From positions 9,064-73,063 of the forward strand of contig ONAI01000012.1 in NCBI GenBank assembly GCA_900315755.1: DNA of 64,000 bases. Direction: 5' to 3'. Origin of the DNA: an uncultured Ruminococcus sp. Lineage in GTDB: Bacteria > Bacillota > Clostridia > Oscillospirales > Ruminococcaceae. Below the pieces are notes generated by a model. The model was not told the DNA's origin, did no database searches, and saw nothing but the letters and a program-made list of their open reading frames with translations. The position numbers were made by a program, and so were the translations under genes. Every line of letters begins with the position of its first letter. The first letter of the stretch is position 1. Of this stretch, positions 25,467-36,521 are shown piece after piece.

Positions 25467-27554
25467 ATGGAAAAAGTAACAGAATATTTTGGTTCAATGG
25501 TATTCGATGAGAGAGTAATGAAGGCTACTCTTTCCGAGAAGGTATACAAGTCGCTGAAAAGGACTATCGACAGGGGAACTCCTCTTGATATATCTGTTGC
25601 AAACGTTGTAGCGGCAGCTATGAAGGACTGGGCTATTGAAAAAGGTGCAACTCACTACACACACTGGTTTCAGCCAATGACAGGTGTTACCGCAGAAAAG
25701 CACGACAGCTTTATAACTCCCGCTCCCGATGGACGCGTAATCATGGAATTCTCAGGCAAGGAACTCGTAAAGGGTGAGCCGGATGCTTCCTCATTCCCCT
25801 CAGGCGGACTTCGTGCTACATTCGAGGCAAGAGGCTATACTGCATGGGATCCGACCTCTTACGCTTTCATCAAGGACGGCACACTCTATATCCCGACTGC
25901 TTTCTGCTCCTATACCGGCGAGGCTCTCGACAAAAAAGTACCGCTTCTGCGTTCAATGGAAGCCCTTAACAAGCAGGCGATGCGTGTACTTAAACTCTTC
26001 GGCAACGAGAGTGTAAGAAGCGTCCGCTGCTCAGTTGGTCCTGAGCAGGAATACTTCCTTGTAGACCGTGAAATGTGGAAAAAGCGTAAGGATCTCATCA
26101 TGACAGGACGCACCCTCTTTGGTGCAATGCCTCCTAAGGGACAGGAAATGGAAGATCATTACTTTGGCTCTATCAAGTCAAGAGTAGCAGAGTATATGGC
26201 AGATCTCGACAAGGAGCTCTGGAAGCTTGGCATCCTTGCAAAGACAAAGCACAACGAGGTCGCACCTGCACAGCATGAGCTCGCACCTATCTACAAGACC
26301 ACAAACATCGCAGCAGACCATAACCAGCTCACGATGGAAGTTATGAAGAAGGTCGCAGAGCGTCACGGACTTGTTTGTCTGCTTCACGAAAAGCCTTTCG
26401 AGGGTGTGAACGGTTCAGGCAAGCACAACAACTGGTCTATTTCTACCGATACAGGCATCAATCTTCTTTCTCCCGGCGAAACTCCATATGAAAACGCACA
26501 GTTCCTGCTGTTCCTTACAGCAGTCATCAAGGCTGTCGATGACTATCAGGATCTGCTGAGACTTTCAGTTGCAACAGCTGGCAACGATCATCGTCTCGGC
26601 GCTAATGAAGCTCCGCCTGCAATCATTTCTATATTCCTCGGTGATGAACTCACAGCCATTCTCGAAGCTATCGAGGCCGATAAGCCATACGGCGGCACTG
26701 CAAAGGAGAAGATGAAGCTTGGCGTTGACGTTCTTCCGCAGTTCAGCAAGGACACTACCGACCGCAACCGTACCTCTCCGTTTGCATTCACAGGAAACAA
26801 GTTCGAGTTCCGTATGCTTGGCTCATCCAACAGCATCTCCTGTGCTAACATTCACCTCAATGCGGCTGTTGCTGAGGTGCTCAGACAGTTTGCAGATAAG
26901 CTTGAGAGCGCTAATGACTTCAATAAGGCTCTCCACGAGCTCATCAAGAAGACTATCAAGGAACACAAGCGTATCATCTTCAACGGCAACGGCTACGATG
27001 ACGCATGGGTAAAAGAAGCTGAAAAGCGCGGACTTTCCAACCTCAGAACTACTGCTGACTGTATGCCTAAGATATGCGACAAGAAGAATGTCGAGATGCT
27101 CACCTCTCACGGTATCTTCACAGAGGCTGAGATATACTCACGCTGCGACATTATGCTCGAAAACTATGTAAAGTCCGTAAACATTGAGGCTCAGACAATG
27201 GTTGACATGGCTCGCAAGGAGATAATTCCAGCTGTTGCGAAGTTTGCGTCTGATACTGCATCTGCTGTTGCAGTAAAGAAGAGCGTAGCTAAGGCAGCTT
27301 GCAAGTATGAAACAAAGCTTGTTACAGAACTTTCAGAGCTCATTGATGCAATGGACGAGGCAACCACAGAGCTTGAAAGTACAATATCAGGGCTGAAAGA
27401 GATTGGCGAGATCATTCCGGAATCCGAATTTGTACGCGATAAGATGATACCTGCAATGGATAAGCTTCGTGCAGCCGCTGATAAGGCAGAGACTATTACT
27501 GCCGAGGATTACTATCCATTCCCGGCTTATGACAAACTTCTTTTCGGAGTGTGA
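25467..27554 (+). CDS. glnN: Glutamine synthetase type III
   Basis: 695 aa with GGAGG RBS and GSIII-length architecture ([25 protein letters not shown]). Confidence 0.9.
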   Translation: MEKVTEYFGSMVFDERVMKATLSEKVYKSLKRTIDRGTPLDISVANVVAAAMKDWAIEKGATHYTHWFQPMTGVTAEKHDSFITPAPDGRVIMEFSGKELVKGEPDASSFPSGGLRATFEARGYTAWDPTSYAFIKDGTLYIPTAFCSYTGEALDKKVPLLRSMEALNKQAMRVLKLFGNESVRSVRCSVGPEQEYFLVDREMWKKRKDLIMTGRTLFGAMPPKGQEMEDHYFGSIKSRVAEYMADLDKELWKLGILAKTKHNEVAPAQHELAPIYKTTNIAADHNQLTMEVMKKVAERHGLVCLLHEKPFEGVNGSGKHNNWSISTDTGINLLSPGETPYENAQFLLFLTAVIKAVDDYQDLLRLSVATAGNDHRLGANEAPPAIISIFLGDELTAILEAIEADKPYGGTAKEKMKLGVDVLPQFSKDTTDRNRTSPFAFTGNKFEFRMLGSSNSISCANIHLNAAVAEVLRQFADKLESANDFNKALHELIKKTIKEHKRIIFNGNGYDDAWVKEAEKRGLSNLRTTADCMPKICDKKNVEMLTSHGIFTEAEIYSRCDIMLENYVKSVNIEAQTMVDMARKEIIPAVAKFASDTASAVAVKKSVAKAACKYETKLVTELSELIDAMDEATTELESTISGLKEIGEIIPESEFVRDKMIPAMDKLRAAADKAETITAEDYYPFPAYDKLLFGV

Positions 27555-27559
27555 TATAA

Positions 27560-28408
27560 ATGAGATTTACCAAAATGCACGGCTGCGGCAATGATTATGT
27601 TTATGTCAACTGTTTTGAGGAGAGCGTAAGCTCTCCCGAACAGCTTTCAAGAGCAGTCAGTGATCGTCACTTCGGCATAGGTTCGGACGGACTTGTTCTG
27701 ATACTTCCAAGTAATACAGCGGACTGCCGTATGCGGATGTTCAATCCCGACGGCAGTGAATCAGAGATGTGCGGCAATGCAATACGCTGTGTTGCGAAGT
27801 ACGTCTACGACAAAAACATCATCCACAAGCCTGTTGTCACTGTGGAAACTCTTGCGGGAATAAAGACTATCGAAGTCCACACCGATGAAAACGACATTGC
27901 CCGTACACTTACAGTAGATATGGGAGCTCCCGTTACTGAGGCGGCAGAAGTGCCTGTTATCGCGGAAGCTTCACCTGTTACTGACCTTGCGCTAACGGCT
28001 TATGGCAGGGAGTTCATCTTCACCTGTGTATCAATGGGAAATCCTCATGCTGTTACTTTCATCAGTGAGGATGTGAGCGGTTTTGAGGTTGAAAAATACG
28101 GAAAAGTATTTGAGTGCGATGAGCATTTCCCACGCAGAGCAAATATAGAATTTGCTGAGGTGATCTCCTCGGATCATCTGAAAATGCGTGTCTGGGAGAG
28201 AGGAACAGGCGAGACTCTTGCCTGCGGAACAGGTACCTGTGCAACAGTCGCAGCGGCTTGTCTGAACGGCATATGTCCGCGTAAGCCCGTGACCGTTGAA
28301 CTTCTCGGCGGTGAACTGGTGATCGAGTGGAAGGAATCGGACGGACATATATATATGACAGGTCCTGCTGAATATGCATTTGAGGGAGAATACTATGGCA
28401 AAGTTTAA
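27560..28408 (+). CDS. dapF: Diaminopimelate epimerase
   Basis: [25 protein letters not shown] and ACGTGTCA catalytic cysteine motifs. Confidence 0.9.
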   Translation: MRFTKMHGCGNDYVYVNCFEESVSSPEQLSRAVSDRHFGIGSDGLVLILPSNTADCRMRMFNPDGSESEMCGNAIRCVAKYVYDKNIIHKPVVTVETLAGIKTIEVHTDENDIARTLTVDMGAPVTEAAEVPVIAEASPVTDLALTAYGREFIFTCVSMGNPHAVTFISEDVSGFEVEKYGKVFECDEHFPRRANIEFAEVISSDHLKMRVWERGTGETLACGTGTCATVAAACLNGICPRKPVTVELLGGELVIEWKESDGHIYMTGPAEYAFEGEYYGKV

Positions 28409-29600
28409 TGAAAGATTTCTTGATCTGAAGGAGAGCTACCTTTTCAGCGAAGTTGCAAAGAGAGTGAGCACATTCAAGGAAAAAAATCCTGATAGGGATG
28501 TTATAAGGCTCGGTATCGGCGATGTGACACTTCCGCTCGGCAGATCCGTTGTGCAGGCTATGCACTCGGCAGCTGATGAAATGGGAAAGGCTGAAACGTT
28601 CCGCGGCTACGGTCCGGAGCAGGGCTATGACTTTCTCAGAGAGGCTATTGCAGGACATTACAAGGAAATTGGCGCTGATATAGACGCGAATGAGATATTC
28701 GTTTCTGACGGTGCGAAGTCTGATACCGGAAATATCACAGACCTCTTTTCTGCTGATAATACCGTACTCATTCCAGATCCGGTATATCCGGTCTACGTGG
28801 ACACAAACACTATGAACGGAAGAAATATCGTCTATATGAATGGAACAGCCGAGAACGACTTCCTGCCTATGCCTGACAGGAGCGTTCATGCGGACATAAT
28901 ATACCTTTGCTCCCCGAATAACCCTACCGGTGCCTGCTATAATAAGCAGCAGCTGAAAGAGTGGGTTGACTACGCTCTTGAAAATGATGCGGTGATCCTC
29001 TTTGATTCAGCTTATGAGAGTTTTATTTCTGACAGTGAGCTTCCGCGGACTATATATTGTATCGAAGGTGCAAAGAAGTGTGCAGTGGAGTTCTGTTCGC
29101 TGTCAAAAACAGCCGGTTTCACAGGTACGCGCTGCGGTTATACGATAGTTCCAAAGGATATAAAGTCTGTAACTGATGATGGTCGTGAAATGAGTCTGAA
29201 CAAGATGTGGAACAGGCGTCAGACCACTAAATTCAACGGCGTTCCATATGTCGTACAGAGAGCCGCCGAGGCTGTTTTCAGCGAAGAAGGACAGAGAGAA
29301 TCAAAGGCTATGACAGCCTGCTATCTCGAAAATGCCCGTATCATCTCTGACACTATGAATGAGCTTGGAATACGCTATACGGGCGGTATCAATTCGCCTT
29401 ACATCTGGTTTGAGTGTCCATTTGGCATGGACAGCTGGACCTTCTTCGACTATATGCTTGAAAAAGCAGGCGTTGTAGGAACTCCTGGTGCAGGATTCGG
29501 TAAAAACGGCGACCGCTGGTTCCGCCTGACAGCATTTAACAACAAGGAAAATACGATCGAAGCTATGAAACGTTTCAGAGGACTGTTTGAAAACAAGTAA
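28395..29600 (+). CDS. dapL: LL-diaminopimelate aminotransferase
   Basis: Start [17 protein letters not shown]. Class I/II aminotransferase with [15 protein letters not shown]. Overlaps the dapF 3' end. Confidence 0.85.
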   Translation: MAKFNERFLDLKESYLFSEVAKRVSTFKEKNPDRDVIRLGIGDVTLPLGRSVVQAMHSAADEMGKAETFRGYGPEQGYDFLREAIAGHYKEIGADIDANEIFVSDGAKSDTGNITDLFSADNTVLIPDPVYPVYVDTNTMNGRNIVYMNGTAENDFLPMPDRSVHADIIYLCSPNNPTGACYNKQQLKEWVDYALENDAVILFDSAYESFISDSELPRTIYCIEGAKKCAVEFCSLSKTAGFTGTRCGYTIVPKDIKSVTDDGREMSLNKMWNRRQTTKFNGVPYVVQRAAEAVFSEEGQRESKAMTACYLENARIISDTMNELGIRYTGGINSPYIWFECPFGMDSWTFFDYMLEKAGVVGTPGAGFGKNGDRWFRLTAFNNKENTIEAMKRFRGLFENK

Positions 29601-29672
29601 TACAGCCAGAAAAAGTATTGCCGTAAGTGCGATAATCTTAGCGGAACATTGAATGATCAGAACAAATATGAT

Positions 29673-29709
29673 AAGGCGATGCCAGCATAGAGTTGGTATC
29701 GCCTTTTAT
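29673..29709 (+). terminator. Intrinsic terminator after dapL
   Basis: AAGGCGAT...ATCGCCTT stem followed by TTAT. Confidence 0.6.
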
Positions 29710-29928
29710 AGTTAATGTTTGCTCAACAACTTGTCGTACCGCAATTAAGTGAGCGATATTTTCAGTTCTTCATCTTCTGACGACTCCTGTTCAGCAAAGC
29801 ATGACAGGTAATCGTCAACGATTTCAAACATGGTACAAATGAAAAACTTTCTGAACGTACTGGTTCAGAAAGTTTTAGTCATATTATATGTAATGGTGAA
29901 CCGATTTAGATACGGTATGAAACGCGGA

Positions 29929-30016
29929 AAAAAATTCGCGGCTCAGTAAAACTAAGCCGCGAAACTGCGCGCAAAAAATTCGCGGCTCAGTAAAACTAAG
30001 CCGCGAAACTGCGCGC
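29929..30016 (-). repeat. Perfect tandem duplication (2 x 44 bp) of a terminator hairpin unit downstream of tRNA-Gln
   Basis: AAAAAATTCGCGGCTCAGTAAAACTAAGCCGCGAAACTGCGCGC occurs at 29929-29972 and again at 29973-30016. On the minus strand each unit is a CGCGGCT..AGCCGCG hairpin followed by a T run. Confidence 0.85.
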
Positions 30017-30029
30017 ACCCGCTTGGCGC

Positions 30030-30105
30030 TGGTTGGGGTGGAAGGATTTGAACCCTCGAAATAACGGAGTCAGAGTCCGCTGCCTTACCACTTGGCGACA
30101 CCCCA
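30030..30105 (-). tRNA. tRNA-Gln (anticodon CUG)
   Basis: The reverse complement TGGGGTGTCGCCAAGTGGTAAGGCAGCGGACTCTGACTCCGTTATTTCGAGGGTTCAAATCCTTCCACCCCAACCA folds as a cloverleaf with anticodon loop CUCUGAC and an encoded CCA. It closely resembles E. coli tRNA-Gln. Confidence 0.9.
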
Positions 30106-30136
30106 ATAAATATACGCTGAATGATTCAGCTTTATT

Positions 30137-30165
30137 ATTATATCACTGTTTAGAATAAAAGTCAA
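30137..30165 (-). promoter_or_regulatory. tRNA-Gln promoter (TTGACT-17-TATAAT with extended -10 TG)
   Basis: Minus-strand hexamers at 30165-30160 and 30142-30137. Confidence 0.6.
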
Positions 30166-30296
30166 TAGGGAAAATAAAAATTTATTTTTTAATTATATAT
30201 CAGGAGTATTGAAAAGCATAAGAAAAGAAGATATAATAAGATATATAGGGATTTGGAGAAAAATATCAGTATTTTAAGAGTGGATGGGTGAGCATC

Positions 30297-31280
30297 ATGA
30301 AGAAGATGTATTTCATAGTGAACCTTGTTGCAGGAAAAGCAGCTATCTCCGAAAAACTTGGAAAGATCCTTGATGAGTTTACAAAGGCTGAATTTGAGGT
30401 TACGATTCATATAACACAGAGCGGCAATGATGCGGCAGATATGGCGAAATATGCCTGTGGGAATGGATTTGACCTACTGGTATGTGCAGGCGGAGACGGA
30501 ACTCTCAGTCAATGTCTGCAAGGGATAATGAACAGCGAACACCGAATACCTATCGGTTATATACCAGCTGGTTCGACAAATGATTTTGCAAAGAATCTTT
30601 CGATCCCAAAGGACACTATTTCAGCTGTGAGACAGATAATCAACGGAAAGCCTATACCTTGTGACGTAGGCGGTTTCAATAACGAGTATTTTTCATATAT
30701 AGTGGCTTTTGGCGCGTTTACGAATATAACATATGAAACTCCGCAGAATTTTAAGAATATTCTTGGACACGTTGCGTATTTTCTTAACGGACTAACCCAG
30801 ATAACAAGTATAAAAGCCAAGCGTATGAGAGTTGAATATAACGGTATTGTTATTGAGGACGAATTCATTTTTGGTATGGTAACAAATACATCATCAATAG
30901 CGGGAATGCTTTCCATGAAGGATTTCCAGCTTGATGACGGTCTGTTTGAAGTTGTGTTGATAAAGAAGCCGAGCAATCCTATACAGCTTCAGGGTATAGT
31001 GCGTTCGCTGCTGAATATCAAGGGCAATCTTGATACTGAATACCTAAAATCGTTCAAGACCAGCAAAATAAAGTTCACATCGCTCTGCAACGGTACTGTT
31101 ACATGGACGCGTGACGGTGAATATGGCGGAGACTTCATATCAAATACTATCGTGAATCATCCACGCGCTGTGTCCTTTATCGTGGACGAGGAAATGATAA
31201 AGAAGGAGACTTTCTCTTCTGATGATGCAGCTAATGAAGAGCAGAAAATAGAACTTCTTCCGGAATATGTTGATGGCTGA
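30297..31280 (+). CDS. Diacylglycerol/lipid kinase (YegS/BmrU family)
   Basis: MKKMYFIVNLVAGKA, CAGGDGTL and IPAGSTNDFA motifs. Confidence 0.85.
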   Translation: MKKMYFIVNLVAGKAAISEKLGKILDEFTKAEFEVTIHITQSGNDAADMAKYACGNGFDLLVCAGGDGTLSQCLQGIMNSEHRIPIGYIPAGSTNDFAKNLSIPKDTISAVRQIINGKPIPCDVGGFNNEYFSYIVAFGAFTNITYETPQNFKNILGHVAYFLNGLTQITSIKAKRMRVEYNGIVIEDEFIFGMVTNTSSIAGMLSMKDFQLDDGLFEVVLIKKPSNPIQLQGIVRSLLNIKGNLDTEYLKSFKTSKIKFTSLCNGTVTWTRDGEYGGDFISNTIVNHPRAVSFIVDEEMIKKETFSSDDAANEEQKIELLPEYVDG

Positions 31281-31286
31281 ATAAAT

Positions 31287-31324
31287 AACGGCACACCTGA
31301 TATGGTGTGCCGTTTGTTGTTTTA
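31287..31324. terminator. Bidirectional terminator between convergent genes
   Basis: AACGGCACACC-loop-GGTGTGCCGTT flanked by an A-rich run on one side and a T-rich run on the other. Confidence 0.75.
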
Positions 31325-33997
31325 TAATGTGTCGATAAGCTTGAGTGAATAGCGCTGGATAATGAGGGCATCATTTGCGGTGAGACCTGCCTTTCCGTCG
31401 ACATCGCCGGCTTTTTCACCTTCTGCTGTTATGCGGTCTTCGCTTGTACCGTCAACGCCGTACTTTGCCGGGTTCAGATATGCCTGCATTACCATTACAA
31501 CGTCCGACATATCTACGCCGCCGTCGCCGTTGGCATCGCCGGATTTGTGAACGGGAACTTCATTAAGGTCGACAAAGGTACTGTTGTATTTTTCAGCGTA
31601 TGCCTCGGCAGTTGAACCGGCGTAGCCTCTTATTACGCCCGTGAAAACACTTCTTTCATGTTCACTGTCATATGAATTCGAGATCGTATCTGAGTAGTCG
31701 GAAATGTCACAGTTTTTATTGAGAATTGTTATTGATTCAAGACTTTCGCAGTTGCCAAACGCTCCACTTTTAATGCTTTTAACAGAATTCGGGATAGTTA
31801 TTGATTCAAGACTTCTACATTTTTCAAACGCAAAATCACCAATGCTTGTAACAGAATCTGGAATAGTTACTGATTCAAGGCTTTCGCATTCATAAAACGC
31901 TCCACTTCCAATATTTGTAACAGAATCAGGGATAGTTATTGATTTAAGTCTTGTGCAGTTGTAAAAAGTACCATTTGCAATATTTGTGACAGAATCCGGT
32001 ATTATTATTGATGTTAAGTTGTTACAATATCTAAATGCATACCATTCAATATATGTAACAGAATCAGGAATAGTTATTGATTCAAGGCGTGTGCAGGATT
32101 CAAAAGCATATTCTCCAATACGTGTAACAGAATCGGGGATAGTTATTGATTGTATGCTATCGCAGTAAGCAAACGCCTCATTACCGATACTTGTAACGCC
32201 ATTTTCAATTATAACATTCTTTACATTTTTTAAAAACCAAGGTGCCTGATTTGTTTCATAATCAAACATTTCGCCTTCGCCTGAAATAATTAGTGTACCA
32301 TCATAATCAATCTTCCATGTAAGATTTTCTCCGCAGGTGCCGCTGAGCATTTTTATAATCTCTTCAAACTGGTAATTGTATTTATATGCATATGTCTCGG
32401 CATTTGAACCAGTGTAGGCGTGAATAACACCACGGTATAAGTAAGGACCATTGCCATTTCTATAACTAATTGTACCTGCATTGTCATATATTACGCACTC
32501 AGGATTTAAAATAGTTATTGACTCAAGACTGTTACAGGAAGCAAACGCTAATTTGCCAATACTTGTAACTGAATCAGGGATAGTTATTGATTTAAGACTT
32601 GTACAGTTGCAAAAAGCACTTTCCCCAATAATTGTAACAGAATCAGGGATAATTATTGATTCAAGGCTTGTACAGTTGTAAAAAGCACTCTCTTCAATAT
32701 CTGTAACAGAATCAGGGATAGTTATTGATTTAAGATTTGTGCAGTCGCTAAAAGCACTTCCCCAAATAATTGTAACAGAATCAGGGATAATTATTGATTC
32801 AAGGCTTGTGCAGTTGGAAAAAGCAGCAGCTCCAATAATTGTAACAGAATCAGGGATAATTATTGATTCAAGGCTTGTGCAGTTGGAAAAAGCAGTAGCT
32901 CCAATAATTGTAACAGAATCAGGGATAATTATTGATCTAAGACTTGTGCAGTTTCTAAATGTGTTTCCTTCAATACTTGTAACAGAATCAGACATAGTTA
33001 CCAATTTAAGGCTTTCGCAGTTGTAAAAAGCATCTCCTCCAATATCTGTAACAGAATCAGGTATAATTACTGATTCGAGGCTTTTACAATTCCCAAATGC
33101 GTCCTCGCCAATACTTGTAACAGAATTTGGAATAGTAATTGATTCGAGGCTTACACAGCTGCTAAATGCGCCCTCTCCAATGCTTGTAACAGAATCCGGA
33201 ATAGTTATTGATTCAAGACCTGTACAGGAAAACGCATTTTTTCCAATACTCGTAACAGAATCAGGAATTGTTATTGATTTAAGGTATTCACAGAATTCAA
33301 ACTCATATTCGCCAATACGTGTAACAGAATCAGGAATAGTTACTGATTCAAGACCCGAATAAGCAAATGCACCATCTTCAATAGTTGTAACAGAATTCGG
33401 GATATTTATTGATCTGAGACTTGAACATTCCTTAAACGCTATTGCACTAATGCTTGTAACAGAATCAGGAATTTCTACTGATTCAAGGCTTGAACATTGG
33501 TAGAAAGCACGCCAGCCAATACTTTTGACAGAATCCGGGATAGTTATTGATTTAAGACTATTGCAGAGCCAAAATGTATCATCTTCAATACTTGTAACAG
33601 AAGCAGACAAGGTTATTGATTTTAGACTTGTGCAGCCGGCAAACGCGCTTTTTCCTATACTCGTAACAGAATCTGCGACCGTTATTGATTCAACACTGTA
33701 ACAGTTTACAAATGCACGGGGATCGATAATTGTAATGCCGTTTTCTATTATGATACTCTTGATATCTTCGCCCCAAGGTTTATTAGTCCAATTATAATCA
33801 GGCAGTTCGCCCTTGCCTGAAAAAGTAAGAGTTCCCTCATCATCAAATGTCCAAGAGAGTTCTTCGCTGATGTCACCGCTGTCAACTATTTCAACTGCGC
33901 TCGCCGTTATAGCGCACTCCGGCGTACTGCTGTAAACCATAGGGAGAGTACCTCCCAAGATACAAATTGACATAATTGCTGCAATTAATTTTTTCAT
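31322..33997 (-). CDS. Secreted BspA-type leucine-rich-repeat protein with C-terminal dockerin
   Basis: ATG 33997 follows GAGGTGG. Signal peptide, then more than 25 units of about 23 aa (SITIPDSVTSIGxxAFxxCxSLE) in two blocks, and a C-terminal GDANGDGGVDMSDVVMVMQ / GDVDGKAGLTANDALIIQ dockerin. Confidence 0.85.
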   Translation of the reverse strand: MKKLIAAIMSICILGGTLPMVYSSTPECAITASAVEIVDSGDISEELSWTFDDEGTLTFSGKGELPDYNWTNKPWGEDIKSIIIENGITIIDPRAFVNCYSVESITVADSVTSIGKSAFAGCTSLKSITLSASVTSIEDDTFWLCNSLKSITIPDSVKSIGWRAFYQCSSLESVEIPDSVTSISAIAFKECSSLRSINIPNSVTTIEDGAFAYSGLESVTIPDSVTRIGEYEFEFCEYLKSITIPDSVTSIGKNAFSCTGLESITIPDSVTSIGEGAFSSCVSLESITIPNSVTSIGEDAFGNCKSLESVIIPDSVTDIGGDAFYNCESLKLVTMSDSVTSIEGNTFRNCTSLRSIIIPDSVTIIGATAFSNCTSLESIIIPDSVTIIGAAAFSNCTSLESIIIPDSVTIIWGSAFSDCTNLKSITIPDSVTDIEESAFYNCTSLESIIIPDSVTIIGESAFCNCTSLKSITIPDSVTSIGKLAFASCNSLESITILNPECVIYDNAGTISYRNGNGPYLYRGVIHAYTGSNAETYAYKYNYQFEEIIKMLSGTCGENLTWKIDYDGTLIISGEGEMFDYETNQAPWFLKNVKNVIIENGVTSIGNEAFAYCDSIQSITIPDSVTRIGEYAFESCTRLESITIPDSVTYIEWYAFRYCNNLTSIIIPDSVTNIANGTFYNCTRLKSITIPDSVTNIGSGAFYECESLESVTIPDSVTSIGDFAFEKCRSLESITIPNSVKSIKSGAFGNCESLESITILNKNCDISDYSDTISNSYDSEHERSVFTGVIRGYAGSTAEAYAEKYNSTFVDLNEVPVHKSGDANGDGGVDMSDVVMVMQAYLNPAKYGVDGTSEDRITAEGEKAGDVDGKAGLTANDALIIQRYSLKLIDTL
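32765..32940 (-). repeat. Near-identical 69-bp tandem repeats inside the LRR gene
   Basis: Units begin at 32765, 32834 and 32903. The first two differ at a single base. Each encodes IIIPDSVTIIGxxAFSNCTSLES. Confidence 0.9.
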
Positions 33998-34052
33998 GGT
34001 TCCACCTCGCAAATAAAAAACTATAAACATATTATACTATATTTTCTGCAAA

Positions 34053-35573
34053 ATGTCAATGCGCAATGCGGATAAATCAATTCATTCTGCGAATACTATC
34101 AATGAGGTGATGAATTTGAACGGCAATAACTGGCAGGCTGAGAAACTATCGACATCGCTCAGTGGAAATATCAAAAGGATAAGGGCTATCTCCGGCGGCT
34201 CTTCGGACATTCTCGTGAACCGCTTTGTTACGGGCGGCATAAGCTGTGCGCTCATCTGCTGCGACGGTATGGTATCAACTTCTGTCATAACTGAACTTAT
34301 TTTCGAGCCGATAACCGGTATTGAGCAGCAGAAGAATGCTTCCGCGCTTTTTCACTATATTCAGGAGCAGCTTTTGCTTTCGACTGATCGTCCCGAAGCT
34401 GAGGACATGGGGAGTGTATTCCGTCTGATAGATTCCGGCTTTGCGATACTTATTGCTGAGGGCATGGATACTGCGCTCGGTTTTGGAGTTCAGGGGTATT
34501 CCACCCGCGGAGTTCAGGAGCCTTCCGGCGAGGGGAACATCATGGGAGCACATGAGGGCTTCACCGAAACTATCCGTACCTGTATGTCGCAGATACGCCG
34601 CAGGATCAAGAGCCCGGAGCTCGTTATGGAGATGATGCAGAAGGGGTCTAAGAGCAATACCGATATATGTCTGTGTTATATGAAGGATCGTGTTCCGTCC
34701 GGACTTATGACGGATATACGCCGTTCGCTCGAACGGATCAAGCTTGAATCCATCCTTTCCACCGGATATATACGTCCGTTTCTTGAAGAACGCCGTTTTG
34801 AGGTGTTCAGTTCAACAGGAGTTACCGAGCGTCCGGACGTTCTTTGCTCGAAGCTTATTGAGGGCAGAGTAGCAATTCTTGTGGACGGAGTTCCCTTTGC
34901 GATAGTTGTTCCGAAGCTATTCTGCGAGAACTTCCAGACACTTGATGATTATGCCTATAAACCGTACTATGCAGTGTTCATACGCTGGCTGAAATACGGT
35001 GCATTTATCATGTCGGTACTGCTGCCGGCGCTTTATGCGGCGATAGTCATGTATCATCCCGAACTGCTTAACAGTACGCTTTTCATGCTGCTGGTAGATT
35101 CCGAGAAGAATGCACCTCTTTCGATAATGACAGAATCGTTGTTCGTACTTCTGATGTATGAGGTAGTTCGGGAAGCCGGAGTAAGGCTTCCGAAACCTGT
35201 TGGCGGAGCAGTGAGTATCATCAGCGGACTTATTATCGGAGACGCTGCGGTAAAATCCGGACTTGTCAGTACGCCTCTTCTTACTATGACAGCACTTGCA
35301 GTTCTTGGCGGATTAGTTGTTCCGGAACTTAATCCTCCGATAACAGTTCTCAGGTTTGCATTTCTGATAGCAGGCGGTCTTATGGGGCTTTTCGGGATAA
35401 GTCTGCTTGCGTGTGCAGTTCTTGCGAATATATGCGCCACTGAGGATTATGGATTTCCTTACACGGCACCGCTTTCTCCGTTCAGAAGAAGCGGCATGAG
35501 CGATACGCTTATCCGTGCAGACATGAAGAAAATGCAGGAGCGCGGATTCACAGTGGAGGAATATCATGAATAA
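34053..35573 (+). CDS. Spore germination protein, GerA/GerKA family (A subunit)
   Basis: Conserved GerA core (PDVLCSKLIEGRVAILVDGVPFAIVVP) and a C-terminal membrane region. Confidence 0.8.
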   Translation: MSMRNADKSIHSANTINEVMNLNGNNWQAEKLSTSLSGNIKRIRAISGGSSDILVNRFVTGGISCALICCDGMVSTSVITELIFEPITGIEQQKNASALFHYIQEQLLLSTDRPEAEDMGSVFRLIDSGFAILIAEGMDTALGFGVQGYSTRGVQEPSGEGNIMGAHEGFTETIRTCMSQIRRRIKSPELVMEMMQKGSKSNTDICLCYMKDRVPSGLMTDIRRSLERIKLESILSTGYIRPFLEERRFEVFSSTGVTERPDVLCSKLIEGRVAILVDGVPFAIVVPKLFCENFQTLDDYAYKPYYAVFIRWLKYGAFIMSVLLPALYAAIVMYHPELLNSTLFMLLVDSEKNAPLSIMTESLFVLLMYEVVREAGVRLPKPVGGAVSIISGLIIGDAAVKSGLVSTPLLTMTALAVLGGLVVPELNPPITVLRFAFLIAGGLMGLFGISLLACAVLANICATEDYGFPYTAPLSPFRRSGMSDTLIRADMKKMQERGFTVEEYHE

Positions 35574-36471
35574 GATCAGCGGGAAACAGCTTTATTCAGT
35601 GGCTATGATAGGGGAGATATTTGCTATATTCTGTCTTCAGGGGAGCATAGGGCTGCTTACTGCTGCCGGATATGTAGCGGCTTCACTGATAGTATGTGCT
35701 GTTGTAATGCCGTTTGCATGGGCGTATAGGTCAGGAAAAGAACTGCCTGAGGCGGTAGAATTCTTGCTGCTTCTGCTAATAATAGCATGGGGAGGAAGTC
35801 TGTTTGCGATGCAGTGGTCTGCATCGGAAATGATATATATTCCCTACGAAAATCATGGCATATCAGGAAAACTGCTCATATCAGGATTGATCGCGCTGGT
35901 ATGTCTGTATATATCGTCAACAGGGATCAAGTCACTTGGAAGAGCAGCAGTGATAGCGGCAGCGATAGGAGCAGTTTGTCTTGCGGTAGTGGTAATAAGT
36001 ACGCTTTCAAAGCATGATTGGCAGAATATGAGCCATAACGGAAATGAACTCACCTTTGCAGGCGAATTTGTTCGCGGACTGCTCATAAGCGGAAATGCAG
36101 CTGCTTTTATAGTTTTGCTTGGCATGGACAAAGGAAGTACCATTCTCAGTACAGGCATATTTTTTGCGGTCAGAGCGGCGGTAGGTGCTGTTGTGATAGT
36201 TACGACTGTACTTGCAGTCGGAGATATTATGCCGGCAGTTGAACTTCCGGCTGTAATGGCAGCGCGTCTTGCACAGCCTTTTGCGGCACAGCGTATAGAT
36301 TCGCTGTTTATGATAGTATTCGCTGTGTATGCTGTGTTTTCGATAGCAGTACAGTCAGCTGCGGCAGTATGCCTGCTTGGCAAACTGTTCCCGAAGATCA
36401 GGCGTTTCAGAAGCCTTACAGTTCTTACACTCATGCTGTCATCAGCACTTATAATAAATAATGTTCGGTAG
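35566..36471 (+). CDS. Spore germination permease-like protein (GerAB family, short)
   Basis: Polytopic membrane protein overlapping the gerA-type gene, with N-terminal MNKISGKQLYSV. Confidence 0.5.
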   Translation: MNKISGKQLYSVAMIGEIFAIFCLQGSIGLLTAAGYVAASLIVCAVVMPFAWAYRSGKELPEAVEFLLLLLIIAWGGSLFAMQWSASEMIYIPYENHGISGKLLISGLIALVCLYISSTGIKSLGRAAVIAAAIGAVCLAVVVISTLSKHDWQNMSHNGNELTFAGEFVRGLLISGNAAAFIVLLGMDKGSTILSTGIFFAVRAAVGAVVIVTTVLAVGDIMPAVELPAVMAARLAQPFAAQRIDSLFMIVFAVYAVFSIAVQSAAAVCLLGKLFPKIRRFRSLTVLTLMLSSALIINNVR

Positions 36472-36480
36472 CATCAAAAA

Positions 36481-36514
36481 ACCGCTCACAGCACTGTAAG
36501 TTGCCATGAGCGGT
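36481..36514. terminator. Bidirectional terminator
   Basis: ACCGCTCA-loop-TGAGCGGT with an A run upstream and a T run downstream. Confidence 0.6.
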
Positions 36515-36521
36515 CATATTT

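Noticed and set aside
28062-28889. 275-aa minus-strand ORF
   Set aside because: It is antisense to the dapF/dapL junction. It has no recognisable motifs or RBS, and both sense genes are strongly supported.
29745-29831. 27-codon acidic minus-strand ORF (MFEIVDDYLSCFAEQESSEDEELKISLT)
   Set aside because: It has no RBS and sits between terminator hairpins, so it is most likely chance.
31362-33362. Series of short plus-strand ORFs with VTESGI(V/I)IDSRL repeats
   Set aside because: They are the antisense reading of the LRR repeat array, so their periodicity simply mirrors the sense repeats.
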